This document shows positions 1 through 10,650 of a stretch of 64,000 bases of DNA, piece by piece. Source of the stretch: a bacterium (GTDB lineage Bacteria; SZUA-182; DTGQ01; JAFGSM01). The translations under genes and the position numbers were made by a program. The stretch's first letter is position 1. Every line of letters starts with the position of its first letter. The stretch spans positions 1 to 64,000 of the forward strand of contig JBLIRO010000002.1 of NCBI GenBank assembly GCA_049472335.1, given 5' to 3'. The notes under the pieces are model-generated. The model ran no database searches and was not told the DNA's origin. It saw nothing but the letters and a program-made list of their open reading frames with translations.

Positions 1-456
1 TTCATCTATTATTTAAAGGATCCAGAGCGGGGCGATATAATCGTTTTTAAATATCCAAAAGACAAGAAGAGGGATTTTATCAAGAGGCTGATAGGTTTAC
101 CAGGAGAAACAATAGAAATAAGGGACAAAAAGGTGTTTATTAATGGTGAACCTATTGATGAAACTTATGCGGAATTTAAAGACCCTGAAAATACCTTTAA
201 TAAAAATCATCCTGCTTTTTATATTGATCCTTATGCTCGGAACAGGGATAATTATGGCCCAAGAACCATTCCGGAAGACAGTTATTTTATGATGGGGGAC
301 AACCGGGATTTTAGCCAAGACAGCAGATACTGGGGGCTTTTAGATAAAGAACTAATTGAAGGCAAAGCGCTTATTATCTATTGGTCTTGGAACAAAAACG
401 GAAAAGGTCTCCTAGAAAAGGTACGTTGGGATAGGATCGGGGACTTGCTTCATTAG
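1..456 (+). CDS. lepB: Signal peptidase I, C-terminal part (5' end outside window)
   Basis: Frame open from base 1: ...RGDIIVFKYP...DFIKRLIGLPGE (catalytic Lys box) and YFMMGDNRDFSQDSRYWG (box E). Confidence 0.93.
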   Translation, partial: FIYYLKDPERGDIIVFKYPKDKKRDFIKRLIGLPGETIEIRDKKVFINGEPIDETYAEFKDPENTFNKNHPAFYIDPYARNRDNYGPRTIPEDSYFMMGDNRDFSQDSRYWGLLDKELIEGKALIIYWSWNKNGKGLLEKVRWDRIGDLLH

Positions 457-574
457 TTTTCGTTTTTAAAAGGACAAAAAGCCGATTAAAAAATGAGGCG
501 ATTTTCATTAGCTTAAAACATTATTATCCCTGAAAATTTAACCTAATCCCTAAACTTAAAAAGGAGGTTCTGAG

Positions 575-3001
575 GTGCTAGAGAGTGGACCTAAGAAAGA
601 GCAAGGTTCCACAAATATCCCCCCTTATATGCCTTTATTACCTGTTCGGGATATTGTCATCTATCCGTACATGATTTTGCCTTTATTTGTGGGCCGTGAA
701 AAATCCATTAAGGCAGTCGAAGATTCCATGTCTTCTTATGATCGGAAGATTTTTTTAGTAGCTCAAAAGGAGTCTAAGATAGAAGAACCTTCCCCTGATG
801 ATATCTATACCTTTGGAACTATTGCCACAATCATAAAGCTTTTACGTTTACCTGACGGAAGGATTAAAATCCTGGTTCATGGGGTTATGCGTGGCCAGAT
901 TCAGAAATATAAGCAGAAAGATCCATTTTTCTTAGCCAAGATTAAGCAAATCACCGAACCGGATATGAGTGAACATACACTTGAAGTTGAGGCCCTGATG
1001 AGAAATGTGAAGGCACAACTGGAAAAAAGTGTCAACCTCGGAAAGGCCCTGCTTCCCGATGTGGTAATTATTGCCATGAACATAGAGGACCCCGGTAAGC
1101 TTGCAGATCTTATAGTCTCAAATTTGGTTCTTAAGATCGATGAGTCTCAAAGGGTACTTCAGACATTCGACCCGATCAGCAGGCTGAAATTAGTCAATGA
1201 TTACCTTACCAAGGAACTGGAAGTTCTGGCAATGCAGAAGAAAATTCAGTCCCAGGCAAAGGAAGAGATGGATAAAGACCATAGAGAGTATATCCTTCGC
1301 CAGCAATTGAAAGCTATTCAGCAAGAATTAGGACACGTGGATGAAAAGACTGCAGAGATTGACGAACTGAAACAGAAGATCGATAGCGCAAAAATGCCTG
1401 AGGAGGTCGAAAAAGAGGCCACAAAGCAAATAATAAGGCTGGAAAGAATGCATCCTGAAGCAGCAGAGGCCGGAATGATCAGGAATTATCTCGAGTGGCT
1501 CGTTGATCTTCCCTGGAGCAAGCATACAAAAGACAATCTGGACATTCAGCAGGCTTCGAAGGTTTTGGATGAAGATCACTACGATCTGGAAAAGGTAAAG
1601 GAAAGAATATTGGAGTACCTGAGTGTCAGAAAGTTGAAAAATAAAATGAAGGGGCCTATCCTTTGTTTTGTTGGTCCACCAGGCGTAGGAAAAACCTCTT
1701 TGGGAAAATCCATAGCAAGGGCTTTGGGCCGGAAGTTTGTACGTATTTCCCTGGGAGGTGTTCGGGATGAGGCCGAAATCAGGGGACATCGTAGAACATA
1801 TATCGGGTCTCTTCCCGGCAGGATTATTCAGGGCATCAAGCATGCTGGTACAAATAATCCTGTGTTTATGTTAGATGAGGTGGATAAAATAGGCGCAGAT
1901 TTTAGGGGCGATCCCTCTGCTGCTCTTTTGGAAGTGCTTGATCCGGAGCAGAATTATGCCTTTTCGGATCATTATCTGGGTGTGCCTTTTGATTTATCAA
2001 ATGTAATGTTCATTACAACAGCCAATCTTTTGGACCCAATTCTGCCGGCTTTTCGTGATCGTATGGAGATATTGCTCATTTCAGGATATACAGAAATGGA
2101 AAAGCTAAAAATTGCGGAAAAATATCTTATCCCTAAACAACTGGAAGAAAATGGCCTCACATCAGAGAATCTGATTTTGAAGGAAGATGCCGTCCTGAAA
2201 GTCATCACTGAGTATACAAGAGAAGCGGGGGTAAGAAATCTGGAAAGGGAAATAGCCGCCATTTGTAGAAAAAGGGCCAGAAAGCTGGCAGAAGGCATGA
2301 GCGAGACTGTTACGGTTACATCACAAAACCTGTACGATTATCTTGGACTTTCCAAATTTAAAAAAGGCGAAGAGTACGAAGAAGATACTATCGGGGTAGC
2401 CACGGGCCTTGCATGGACAGAAGCAGGCGGAGATATTATACATATAGAATCTACAACTATGAAGGGCAGGGGGGCGTTGACCCTGACCGGTCACCTGGGT
2501 GATATTATGAAGGAATCCGCTCAGGCTGCTTTTAGTTATGCCCGTACAAAATGTGAAGCATGGGGAATTGGGGAAGAGATTTATATAAACAGGGACATCC
2601 ATATACATGTGCCTGCGGGTGCAATACCTAAGGACGGGCCATCAGCCGGAGTGCCTATGGCAATATCACTTATATCTGTTTTAACAAACAGACCCATTCG
2701 TAGCGATGTAGCTATGACGGGAGAAATCACGTTGAGAGGGCGAATCCTTCCGGTAGGTGGTTTAAAGGCTAAAGTTTTAGCTGCCAAACGTGCAGGAATA
2801 AATACTGTTATTGTACCCGAAAAAAACAAAAGCGACATAGAAGATCTTCAGGAAGAGGTTAAGTCAAAAGTCAATTTTGTTTTTACCAAAAATATCGACG
2901 AGGTATTAAAAGAGGTATTTAGAGAGGACATTCATGTCCATAATGGTAAGATCGAACAAACGAAATCTAATTCTCTGCAGGTTGAGTATAGCCAGATATA
3001 A
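575..3001 (+). CDS. lon: ATP-dependent Lon protease (LonA)
   Basis: LON N-domain (PLLPVRDIVIYP), Walker A GPPGVGKTS, DEAEIRGHRRTY, catalytic PKDGPSAG; AGGAGG RBS before GTG. Confidence 0.97.
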   Translation: MLESGPKKEQGSTNIPPYMPLLPVRDIVIYPYMILPLFVGREKSIKAVEDSMSSYDRKIFLVAQKESKIEEPSPDDIYTFGTIATIIKLLRLPDGRIKILVHGVMRGQIQKYKQKDPFFLAKIKQITEPDMSEHTLEVEALMRNVKAQLEKSVNLGKALLPDVVIIAMNIEDPGKLADLIVSNLVLKIDESQRVLQTFDPISRLKLVNDYLTKELEVLAMQKKIQSQAKEEMDKDHREYILRQQLKAIQQELGHVDEKTAEIDELKQKIDSAKMPEEVEKEATKQIIRLERMHPEAAEAGMIRNYLEWLVDLPWSKHTKDNLDIQQASKVLDEDHYDLEKVKERILEYLSVRKLKNKMKGPILCFVGPPGVGKTSLGKSIARALGRKFVRISLGGVRDEAEIRGHRRTYIGSLPGRIIQGIKHAGTNNPVFMLDEVDKIGADFRGDPSAALLEVLDPEQNYAFSDHYLGVPFDLSNVMFITTANLLDPILPAFRDRMEILLISGYTEMEKLKIAEKYLIPKQLEENGLTSENLILKEDAVLKVITEYTREAGVRNLEREIAAICRKRARKLAEGMSETVTVTSQNLYDYLGLSKFKKGEEYEEDTIGVATGLAWTEAGGDIIHIESTTMKGRGALTLTGHLGDIMKESAQAAFSYARTKCEAWGIGEEIYINRDIHIHVPAGAIPKDGPSAGVPMAISLISVLTNRPIRSDVAMTGEITLRGRILPVGGLKAKVLAAKRAGINTVIVPEKNKSDIEDLQEEVKSKVNFVFTKNIDEVLKEVFREDIHVHNGKIEQTKSNSLQVEYSQI

Positions 3002-3023
3002 TAGTTTGATATTGCTCTAAGAT

Positions 3024-3293
3024 TTATTTCAGCTTAACAATGGTTGCCCCCCATGATCCGGCTTCAGGCGGCGCCAATTGAAAAGACCTTACAAGGGGAG
3101 ATCCTTTAAGTGCATTATGGACCATTTGTCTCAGTCTGCCTGTACCTTTCCCGTGTATTATCCTAACCTCATTAAAGCCCAATTTCTTGCATTCGTTGAG
3201 ATAATCCACTAAAAGATCCCTTGCCTCTTTTGGCTGGAATGTATGAAGATCCAGGGAGTCAGTTATAGGGTATTGGAATGGCTCCGGTTCCAT
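3024..3293 (-). CDS. Smr/MutS2 C-terminal domain protein
   Basis: LDLH...VRIIHGKGTG...GSWGATIV Smr signature. Confidence 0.9.
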   Translation of the reverse strand: MEPEPFQYPITDSLDLHTFQPKEARDLLVDYLNECKKLGFNEVRIIHGKGTGRLRQMVHNALKGSPLVRSFQLAPPEAGSWGATIVKLK

Positions 3294-3323
3294 AATAGGA
3301 TTATTTAATAAATACCATAGCGA

Positions 3324-3947
3324 TTAAAATTTTACCCCACCAATCGGATGGGATCTTATCGGTTCCGATTTTTTCTCCGGTTTATAAGATTTTGTCCCTT
3401 TTTGGGGGATAAAATCAAAAACTGTTTTCATTTTCGGGTGACACCAGATGCAGGATTTAATGACATCTTCAGTTTTCAGAATCTCTATTCCAGAGGGTGT
3501 TCTTAAATAACCAAGGTTTTGGTTGGAAGGATGGGGATCATGGCATCCCATACACGTGAGATTTTCTGTTTGGCCACCGAAACCATTGGCCTGCTTAGGC
3601 AGATTGACCAGAAACGGTTTGATGCCAAAGGGGTGTTTGATGTTTGGATCAATTTCCTTTATTCCTTTCCCATAAGGCGGTGTGGCATGACATTTCATAC
3701 AGAGGGCGTCGATTTTATCCATTTTTTTGCCTGTATGTGGATTCGTAATAGAATTATTAATCGGTTCCGGGAAAAGGGCCAGGTCTTTAGCGCTGTGAAC
3801 TCCATGACACATGGCACAGTCCTGATGGCCCTGCCCTGCCGTTGCTGATTTGGGAATACTTACATAAAAAACAAGACTATTCAAAATAAGAGTGAGATAT
3901 ATAATAAAATGCAAAAAACTATATAAGCGAGAATCGAAGAAAAACAT
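3324..3947 (-). CDS. Tetraheme c-type cytochrome (doubled-CXXCH/c3-like), N-terminal signal/anchor
   Basis: Four CxxCH motifs (CAMCH, CMKCH, CMGCH, CIWCH), CHDPH motif, hydrophobic N-terminus. Confidence 0.85.
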   Translation of the reverse strand: MFFFDSRLYSFLHFIIYLTLILNSLVFYVSIPKSATAGQGHQDCAMCHGVHSAKDLALFPEPINNSITNPHTGKKMDKIDALCMKCHATPPYGKGIKEIDPNIKHPFGIKPFLVNLPKQANGFGGQTENLTCMGCHDPHPSNQNLGYLRTPSGIEILKTEDVIKSCIWCHPKMKTVFDFIPQKGTKSYKPEKKSEPIRSHPIGGVKF

Positions 3948-4367
3948 TTTGACAAATAATTCTCCAAAGTTTTAAATGTCCTTCGCGCTTCGAGTAATAT
4001 TCGAAAAATATATGATTTATAAAAAACTCGATTTTAGTCTATTATAACCAAAATTTCTTTTTATAGATAGCCCCTGCAACAATATTTAATTTAAATATTA
4101 TTTTGTCTTATTTTATGTACTAGATCTCCTCAAAAAAAGCCGATATATTTTTATAGAGGATAAAGGTTTGTGAAAAGAACAGATCCATAATCCATTATCC
4201 GTTTCCCATGCACATTAGGAGATAAGATTGACGAGATCTGTCTTAATGGGATAATATAAAGAACGGCTTGAAATTTTCATTCTCGAAAAGACGAATCAGA
4301 GGATTATTTATAGGGCTTAGTTGTTAAGGAAGTATTTCTTACTTTTTATTACAAGGAGGATCACACA

Positions 4368-4796
4368 GTGCATACACCTAAAGATATTGCAGAGGCTTAC
4401 CTTTTAGAAAGCAGTATAGATATTCAGACAGCTAGATTAACCCATGTGAATGGCCTTTATAGTAGAACTATTCATTTTTCTCAAGAGGCAGTCGAAAAGA
4501 TCACCAAGGCCTGTCTTGCAATTAAAAATATTTATACAAGAGATCATAAGACCTCAACTCTCTTTATGGCGGTCTTTGGTTCTATGATCCCCGACTCCGA
4601 TACAATTTATCAGGCAATGCTGAACTTGGAGAAACATGGGGCAAGGGCAAGATTTCCGCTTTATCAGAGAACGGATCTTCCTTTGTGGGTGCCCTCAAAG
4701 GTATACGGAGAGGATGAATCCAAAGAGGCATTGGGTCAGGCTGAATGCGTATTTGAAGCCCTCAAGCCATTTATAGGCCAGGAGCTAAATATTTAG
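4368..4796 (+). CDS. HEPN domain protein
   Basis: HFSQEAVEKITKA...H...ARFP pattern typical of MNT-associated HEPN proteins; GGAGG RBS. Confidence 0.7.
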   Translation: MHTPKDIAEAYLLESSIDIQTARLTHVNGLYSRTIHFSQEAVEKITKACLAIKNIYTRDHKTSTLFMAVFGSMIPDSDTIYQAMLNLEKHGARARFPLYQRTDLPLWVPSKVYGEDESKEALGQAECVFEALKPFIGQELNI

Positions 4797-4812
4797 GGAA
4801 AGGTTTTAATAA

Positions 4813-5517
4813 TTGCTTCCACTTAAGGATGATATACCCTCGCAGCATTTCCCTTATGTAACAATCGGCCTTATAGTTATCAACATTTTAATATTTTCTT
4901 TTCATATGTCTCTGGGCAGAAATTTTCAAAATTTCTCGAACGCTTTTGGTGCGATTCCTTTTGAGATCACTCACCAGATTGATATTCCTCCTTCTGTCCC
5001 CTTTCCGGTGTTTTTTACCCTTATTACATCAATGTTTCTTCACGGTGGTTTTTGGCATATAGGAGGAAACATGCTTTATCTTTGGGTCTTTGGAGATAAT
5101 GTTGAAGACGCCATGGGCAGTTTTCGTTTTTTGATTTTTTATCTTCTTTGCGGAGTAATTGCATCTTTGGCTCATATCTCTTCTGAACCAAACTCCCTGA
5201 TCCCCATGGTCGGTGCAAGTGGAGCAATATCGGGTATATTGGGAGCCTACCTGCTTCTCTACCCTAAGGCTAAAGTCCTTACATTGATTATATTTTTTTA
5301 TTTTATCAGGATCATAAAGCTGCCAGCCTTATTTGTCCTGAGCTTCTGGATAGTTTTCCAGTTGATAAGTGGGACCCTTAGCCTGAGTAATAAGCCGGGT
5401 CATGGCGGGGTTGCCTGGTTCGCACATATAGGTGGATTTTTTGCAGGTATGATCCTCATATCAGCCTTTAAGAAAAAAAGGATACAATTAGGGCTCTTCC
5501 GTTTGAAAAATGAATGA
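4813..5517 (+). CDS. Rhomboid family intramembrane serine protease
   Basis: SMFLHGGFWHIGGNMLYLWVFGDNVED, GASGAI (catalytic Ser), AHIGGF (catalytic His). Confidence 0.93.
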   Translation: MLPLKDDIPSQHFPYVTIGLIVINILIFSFHMSLGRNFQNFSNAFGAIPFEITHQIDIPPSVPFPVFFTLITSMFLHGGFWHIGGNMLYLWVFGDNVEDAMGSFRFLIFYLLCGVIASLAHISSEPNSLIPMVGASGAISGILGAYLLLYPKAKVLTLIIFFYFIRIIKLPALFVLSFWIVFQLISGTLSLSNKPGHGGVAWFAHIGGFFAGMILISAFKKKRIQLGLFRLKNE

Positions 5518-6985
5518 TTTGGCCTTGATAATAGGTGCGGGGATAGGAGGTCTAACCACAGGGGCATTATTGACCAAAAGGGGGTGGAAGGTCATAATCC
5601 TTGAACAATCCTCGAGGATTGGCGGATGCTGTGGCACTTTTTCCAGATCGGGATTTAAGTTTGATGTTGGGGCAACCCTCTTTCCGGATATTTTGTGGAG
5701 CGGGCTCGATCTGGTCTCGAGGGAACTGGGATTGGATTTGGACAGGATCCTTTTGGACCCTTTTTCCCAGATTTGCGTCCCCGGACATAGAATTGGGCTT
5801 TTCAGGGATCCCGAGTTAATGAAGGAGGAATGGTCTCGTGAATTTCCTATGGAAAGAAATTCCATTAATAATTTCTTAGATTACTTAAATAAAGTAGATA
5901 CCCGGCTCAGATATTTGAAGGCCAGCAATATTTCAGGCCAAATCTTCAGTAAAACAGAAGCCTTTGATCGAAGGGATTGGAATTGGCCTCTCAAGTTCTC
6001 TGCTTTCAGATATAGAAGAAAATCAGTCATGAAAGCCATAGATCCTGTTTTAAAAGAAAGTAAAGCCTCGGCGGGTTTTGATCTTCAAACACTCTTTTGG
6101 GGGCAAACGGAATTAGTCAAATCCAGCCTTGCTTACGCAGCATCGGTTATTGAATTACATTTATACGGAGGATTTTGTTTAAAGGGGGGGAGTGATTCAT
6201 TATGTAAGCTTCTTTCTCATTACATTCGTTCCAACGGTGGAGAAATAAGACTCGATTGTTTAGTTAATAAGGTTTTAATAAACAAGCGGAAGGCCGTAGG
6301 ATTAGAATTAGACACAGGCGAGGTACTGGAGGGACGTTGTTACATAGCAAATACAACACCTTGGGGACTTTATGAGAAACTTCTGTTTCACGGCTTCAGT
6401 AAAAACCGTATTGTTTGGAAATTAAGAAAGGTGCCTTATCCAAATTCCGTATTTACAGTATTTCTGGGAGTAAAGGAAAGCTGTCTTCCATCTCAGATGG
6501 GGCATAAGGTATTTTTCCTCCCGAGCATGAACAATGGGAAAGAACAAACAGGTCCTTTATTTATAGCATTATCTCCGAGAGAGGATGCAGGGAGAGCCCC
6601 GGATGGTTGCAGGGCCATGACAGTTTTTCTCTATATTTCCCCTCAAGGATGGAACAGGGGAGTTGGATATACTACAAATAAAGAACAGATGCAGGAAAAG
6701 GTCCTTAATGTCCTAAAGGGCCTGATCCCCTTTCTGGACGAAGGTCTCTGTTATTGCGAGTCTGCAACACCCTTAACATATGAAAAATTTACCGCAAGGC
6801 CGGGCGGTATTGTTAATAGTGTGCCCCAAACGGTGGATGTAATAGGAAATAAGGCATTATCAAAATTTACATGTTACCGTGATCTGTTTCTGATTAATGA
6901 TTGTACCTCCCCTGGGCTGGGAGTAGAGGGAATATGTCAGGAAAGCCTAGACTTGACGGATAGTATCTGTAAAAGATATGAGTAA
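5510..6985 (+). CDS. FAD-dependent oxidoreductase, phytoene desaturase/CrtISO-like family
   Basis: N-terminal GAGIGG Rossmann motif, GG...FDVGAT, C-terminal ATPLTYEKFT. Confidence 0.8.
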   Translation: MNDLALIIGAGIGGLTTGALLTKRGWKVIILEQSSRIGGCCGTFSRSGFKFDVGATLFPDILWSGLDLVSRELGLDLDRILLDPFSQICVPGHRIGLFRDPELMKEEWSREFPMERNSINNFLDYLNKVDTRLRYLKASNISGQIFSKTEAFDRRDWNWPLKFSAFRYRRKSVMKAIDPVLKESKASAGFDLQTLFWGQTELVKSSLAYAASVIELHLYGGFCLKGGSDSLCKLLSHYIRSNGGEIRLDCLVNKVLINKRKAVGLELDTGEVLEGRCYIANTTPWGLYEKLLFHGFSKNRIVWKLRKVPYPNSVFTVFLGVKESCLPSQMGHKVFFLPSMNNGKEQTGPLFIALSPREDAGRAPDGCRAMTVFLYISPQGWNRGVGYTTNKEQMQEKVLNVLKGLIPFLDEGLCYCESATPLTYEKFTARPGGIVNSVPQTVDVIGNKALSKFTCYRDLFLINDCTSPGLGVEGICQESLDLTDSICKRYE

Positions 6986-6999
6986 TTTAAAGGATTAAG

Positions 7000-8325
7000 A
7001 TGGCCAAGGGTTATATCCTTATCGCAGATGATGAGAACAGGATACGTTCCTCTCTCGGAAGTATACTTAAAGACGAAGATTATGATGTCAGCATGGCTGA
7101 AGATGGCCTTGAGGCCCTTCAAAAAGTAGAAGAAGAAAATCCGGACCTTATATTGCTCGACATCTGGATGCCCGGTCTTGATGGCATGGAGGTGCTTCAG
7201 AAAATAAAAGATCAATGGCCAGATATACCCGTGATAATGATATCCGGCCATGGAAATATAGAAACAGCCGTAAAGGCTATAAAAATGGGGGCATATGATT
7301 TTATTGAAAAGCCTTTATCTCTGGAAAAAACAATACTTGCAGTCCAGCATGCTCTTGAGATACAAAAATTGGCCAATGAGAATAGACGTCTAAGGCATAA
7401 AGATGAGAGCCGTTATCAAATTATAGGACAAAGCAAGGCTATTGAGGAGTTAAAACATCAAATCTCAATAGCGGCTCCAACTAATGGCTGGGTCCTCATT
7501 ACGGGTGAAAATGGCTCAGGCAAGGAACTGGTGGCAAGAGAGATCCATAATCGGAGCAAAAGGGCGGATAAGCCTTTGGTTGGTGTGAATTGCGCCGCCA
7601 TTCCGGATGACCTGATCGAGAGTGAACTCTTTGGACATGAAAAGGGTGCTTTTACCGGTGCAATTTCAAAAAGGAAAGGCAAATTTGAATTAGCTGATCA
7701 GGGTACTCTATTTCTTGATGAAGTAGGGGATATGAGTCTGAAGACTCAGGCGAAGGTTTTAAGGGCCCTTGAGGAACAGAGTTTTCACCGGCTTGGAGGT
7801 ACTAAGAATATTTCGGTTGATGTCCGAGTGATTGCTGCCTCAAATAAGGATCTAAAAAAAGAGATGGAGGCAAATCTCTTCAGGGAAGATCTTTATTACC
7901 GCTTACATGTAATACCGATTACCATAATCCCCTTGAGAGAGAGGAAAGAGGATATTCCTCTTATTGTAAAGCACTTCCTGAAGGTTTTTTCTTTGGAACT
8001 CGGGCAACCTGTTAAAACAGTCACAAAAGAGGCTATGGAAATACTGCGTATTTACGATTGGCCGGGCAATGTGAGAGAGCTTAAGAATCTTATAGAGCGT
8101 TTAGTTATTATGGCACCCGGATCACATATTACCCCTATGGACATACCAGAATCCTTTCGAAAGGAACATCTTCAGCCATCTCTAAAGGAGGGCAAGAAGG
8201 AGTATGAGCGATATCTCATTGAAAAAACCCTTAGGTCCTGTAACGGCAATATTTCTAAGGCTGCCAAGCAATTAAAGATAGAAAGAAGCCTGCTTCATCA
8301 GAAAATAAAGGCATTGGGTATATGA
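7000..8325 (+). CDS. Sigma54-dependent response regulator (REC-AAA+-HTH), NtrX/NtrC-like
   Basis: REC (DDE, LLDIWMP, SGHG), GENGSGKE Walker A, ESELFGHEKGAFTGA, WPGNVREL, Fis-type HTH. Confidence 0.92.
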   Translation: MAKGYILIADDENRIRSSLGSILKDEDYDVSMAEDGLEALQKVEEENPDLILLDIWMPGLDGMEVLQKIKDQWPDIPVIMISGHGNIETAVKAIKMGAYDFIEKPLSLEKTILAVQHALEIQKLANENRRLRHKDESRYQIIGQSKAIEELKHQISIAAPTNGWVLITGENGSGKELVAREIHNRSKRADKPLVGVNCAAIPDDLIESELFGHEKGAFTGAISKRKGKFELADQGTLFLDEVGDMSLKTQAKVLRALEEQSFHRLGGTKNISVDVRVIAASNKDLKKEMEANLFREDLYYRLHVIPITIIPLRERKEDIPLIVKHFLKVFSLELGQPVKTVTKEAMEILRIYDWPGNVRELKNLIERLVIMAPGSHITPMDIPESFRKEHLQPSLKEGKKEYERYLIEKTLRSCNGNISKAAKQLKIERSLLHQKIKALGI

Positions 8326-8338
8326 TTAGAGTTGTTCT

Positions 8339-9034
8339 CTAAATCATCTGTATCGCAAGAATGGCAATATTGCCACACCAATGAATAATCATAGGAGTAA
8401 GAAGGCTTCCTGAGAATTCAAAGGATAGTGTGAAAAGCAATCCGCCCACAAATTGTATAATTAAAGCTATGGAGACAAAACCATAAGCGATGGCGTGAAC
8501 TGAGGCAAATAAAATTGACACTATCAAAGATGAATAGGCAATATTTAATCTGGTCCTGAGTCCGTTATAAATGAGTCCAGTAAATAAGAGGTCCTCAACC
8601 ACAGGCCCCAGAAAACACCCAACCAATATATAAGTAATAATACCAGTTAAGGACCTGTTTTTTGAACAGCGGAGAAATAGCAAAGGATTAATACCAAAGA
8701 AATATAAGACTGCACCTATAAGCGCAACAAGCGAGCCAAAGCCCATACACCAGAAAAGACCATGTATAATTCCCTTTTTAAACCGTTTGGCTGAAAGCCC
8801 TAAGTGTTCAAAGCAATATCCCCATTTAAATATGAAGCCCAAAATTATAGCCAGGTCGGCTATCCTCTGGATAGCCGTAAAAAAAAGAGGCACTATTCGG
8901 ACTCTTTTCATTAATAACAGATATAAAAAAACACTTCCTGCCTCGATACAAATAATAAAAAATAAGAGAATAAAGGCCTTACCTATTGGTATCGCTTTTC
9001 TGTCAGGTTGCGCTTTAAAGATAACTGACTCCAT
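8339..9034 (-). CDS. CPBP/Abi (CAAX protease-like) intramembrane protease
   Basis: GPVVEDLLFTG (EExxxR variant), FASVH, PMIIHWCGN motifs; multiple TM segments. Confidence 0.75.
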   Translation of the reverse strand: MESVIFKAQPDRKAIPIGKAFILLFFIICIEAGSVFLYLLLMKRVRIVPLFFTAIQRIADLAIILGFIFKWGYCFEHLGLSAKRFKKGIIHGLFWCMGFGSLVALIGAVLYFFGINPLLFLRCSKNRSLTGIITYILVGCFLGPVVEDLLFTGLIYNGLRTRLNIAYSSLIVSILFASVHAIAYGFVSIALIIQFVGGLLFTLSFEFSGSLLTPMIIHWCGNIAILAIQMI

Positions 9035-10650
9035 CCTGTCTCCCTTAATGCAATATAAGCTGTGGTTTTAAGATACCATTCCCTTTTCCCTTCCAGAATT
9101 TTTAAAAGGGGCTCTCTTGCTTCTCTGACCTCAAATTTCCCTAAACTTCTTGCAGCGTGATAAGCTACATTAGGATCGGGATCATTTAATAAACGGATAA
9201 TAATATTAATGGCCTTTTTCTCACCGGAGAGCGTAATAAAATCGATTCCCCATTTTCGGATAATAGGATCGGGATCATCAAGCATTTTTATAAAGTGTTC
9301 TGAAAAATGCCCCACCTTGTTTTTATCTTTTTCTATCCTTTCCCATAAGGCCATTATAGAAGTAATTTTATTGCCGGAGCCGTTTCCTTCTATTGTATTT
9401 AATAAGTTTTCAGTGTCCAAAGAAATATTTTTAGGAACCATGAGAGAACGAAAGCCCATAATAAGTAAAAGGATTGAAAAAAATGCAAAAAGGGTATCCC
9501 TTGTTGATGATGACTTTTTAAACAAAAGTCCGCAAATGATGATTAGAAAAAGATAAATCAAAAAAATCCCCATAAGCGGCCAGATATTAAAAAGGCTTAA
9601 GCTAACAACCCTTCTCAGAGGAGCAGCAGAATCCGTTCTGATATCGTATTGTACTATAATTTTTTTGGGATCTTTAAAGAAATTTTCCAGAGAAGTCTCT
9701 ATGCTGAAACCGTGCTTTTTGCTTATTATAATCATGTTGCCGGTTTCCTTATCTTTTTTGATCACAGTGTCTGATGGTGCATCTTCACCAATAAAAATGT
9801 CTCTCCAGGTGAAGATCCTTTTTAGCTGTTTTAACTCCTCTTCACTGAAATCATTTGAATCTATTCTTAAAAATCTCTGAAGCCTCTGGTCGAAGGTCTT
9901 TATTACCCTGGCAGGATAAAGAGTATAGTGGTAATAAAAATTGCTTATTCTTCTTCCCCATTCAATTCTTCCAAATAATCCATCTCTGATTCTGATAAAA
10001 TCCCGACCAGTTAAAGATGTTGCGATTAGCATTGAAACCATAATGATAGCGCCTAAAAATCCTGCTATATAAGGTATTGTTTTTGTAAGATTTATTCTCT
10101 CGTTTTTATATAATTTTGTAATTAGAAGAAGCTTATAAAGGACAAGGGGTACGATTAGAAGGAAAAGGCCAAAAGCCCAATGCCCGGTGGTGAATAAATT
10201 ATAGAATAATTTAAAAAAGGCCGGGATGAGATAAAATATAAAACTATAAAAACAGATCCATGTTATTAAAAATATTACTGGATTAATTTCATGAAGCAGT
10301 TTATATAGAAATCTCCATAAATCCTGTTTAAAGTTGAGTATAATCCAAAAAAATAGACTCCAGATAAAGGCATAACACAATCCTATAGAAAGCCCGAAAA
10401 AAAGCCCTCCTGCAAAATGAGTTTTCCATGATTTTATCTCTGAATCATAGTTTATACCAGGTACTGCAATGTAGACATTTTCAACCATCCATTGCTGCTC
10501 TGCCAATAGGGTCTTGTTACTGTCGGCTACCAGAACCCATCCCATTATCTCACCGGAAATGAAACCGATAAATAAAGACAGCAGAATATATAAAAAAAGG
10601 GACCTAATAGAATCTGCCTTTTTCGTTGAGAGATGATGGCCTTCACTCAT
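8983..10650 (-). CDS. Polytopic membrane protein with C-terminal HEAT repeats
   Basis: About 7 hydrophobic segments; C-terminal LDDPDPIIR.../LLNDPDPNVAYHAARSLG HEAT-like repeats. Confidence 0.7.
   Translation of the reverse strand: MSEGHHLSTKKADSIRSLFLYILLSLFIGFISGEIMGWVLVADSNKTLLAEQQWMVENVYIAVPGINYDSEIKSWKTHFAGGLFFGLSIGLCYAFIWSLFFWIILNFKQDLWRFLYKLLHEINPVIFLITWICFYSFIFYLIPAFFKLFYNLFTTGHWAFGLFLLIVPLVLYKLLLITKLYKNERINLTKTIPYIAGFLGAIIMVSMLIATSLTGRDFIRIRDGLFGRIEWGRRISNFYYHYTLYPARVIKTFDQRLQRFLRIDSNDFSEEELKQLKRIFTWRDIFIGEDAPSDTVIKKDKETGNMIIISKKHGFSIETSLENFFKDPKKIIVQYDIRTDSAAPLRRVVSLSLFNIWPLMGIFLIYLFLIIICGLLFKKSSSTRDTLFAFFSILLLIMGFRSLMVPKNISLDTENLLNTIEGNGSGNKITSIMALWERIEKDKNKVGHFSEHFIKMLDDPDPIIRKWGIDFITLSGEKKAINIIIRLLNDPDPNVAYHAARSLGKFEVREAREPLLKILEGKREWYLKTTAYIALRETGWSQLSLKRNLTEKRYQ

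Noticed and set aside
901..2838. Multiple antisense ORFs inside lon (and similar ones inside metG, glnA, rtcB, rpoD and the antiporter genes)
   Set aside because: Shadow ORFs opposite well-supported genes, with no motifs.
7000..8325. NtrX-like regulator as the activator of the sigma54 promoters at 30.7-31.0 kb
   Set aside because: It lies 22 kb away and nothing in the sequence links them; such genomes typically encode many enhancer-binding proteins.
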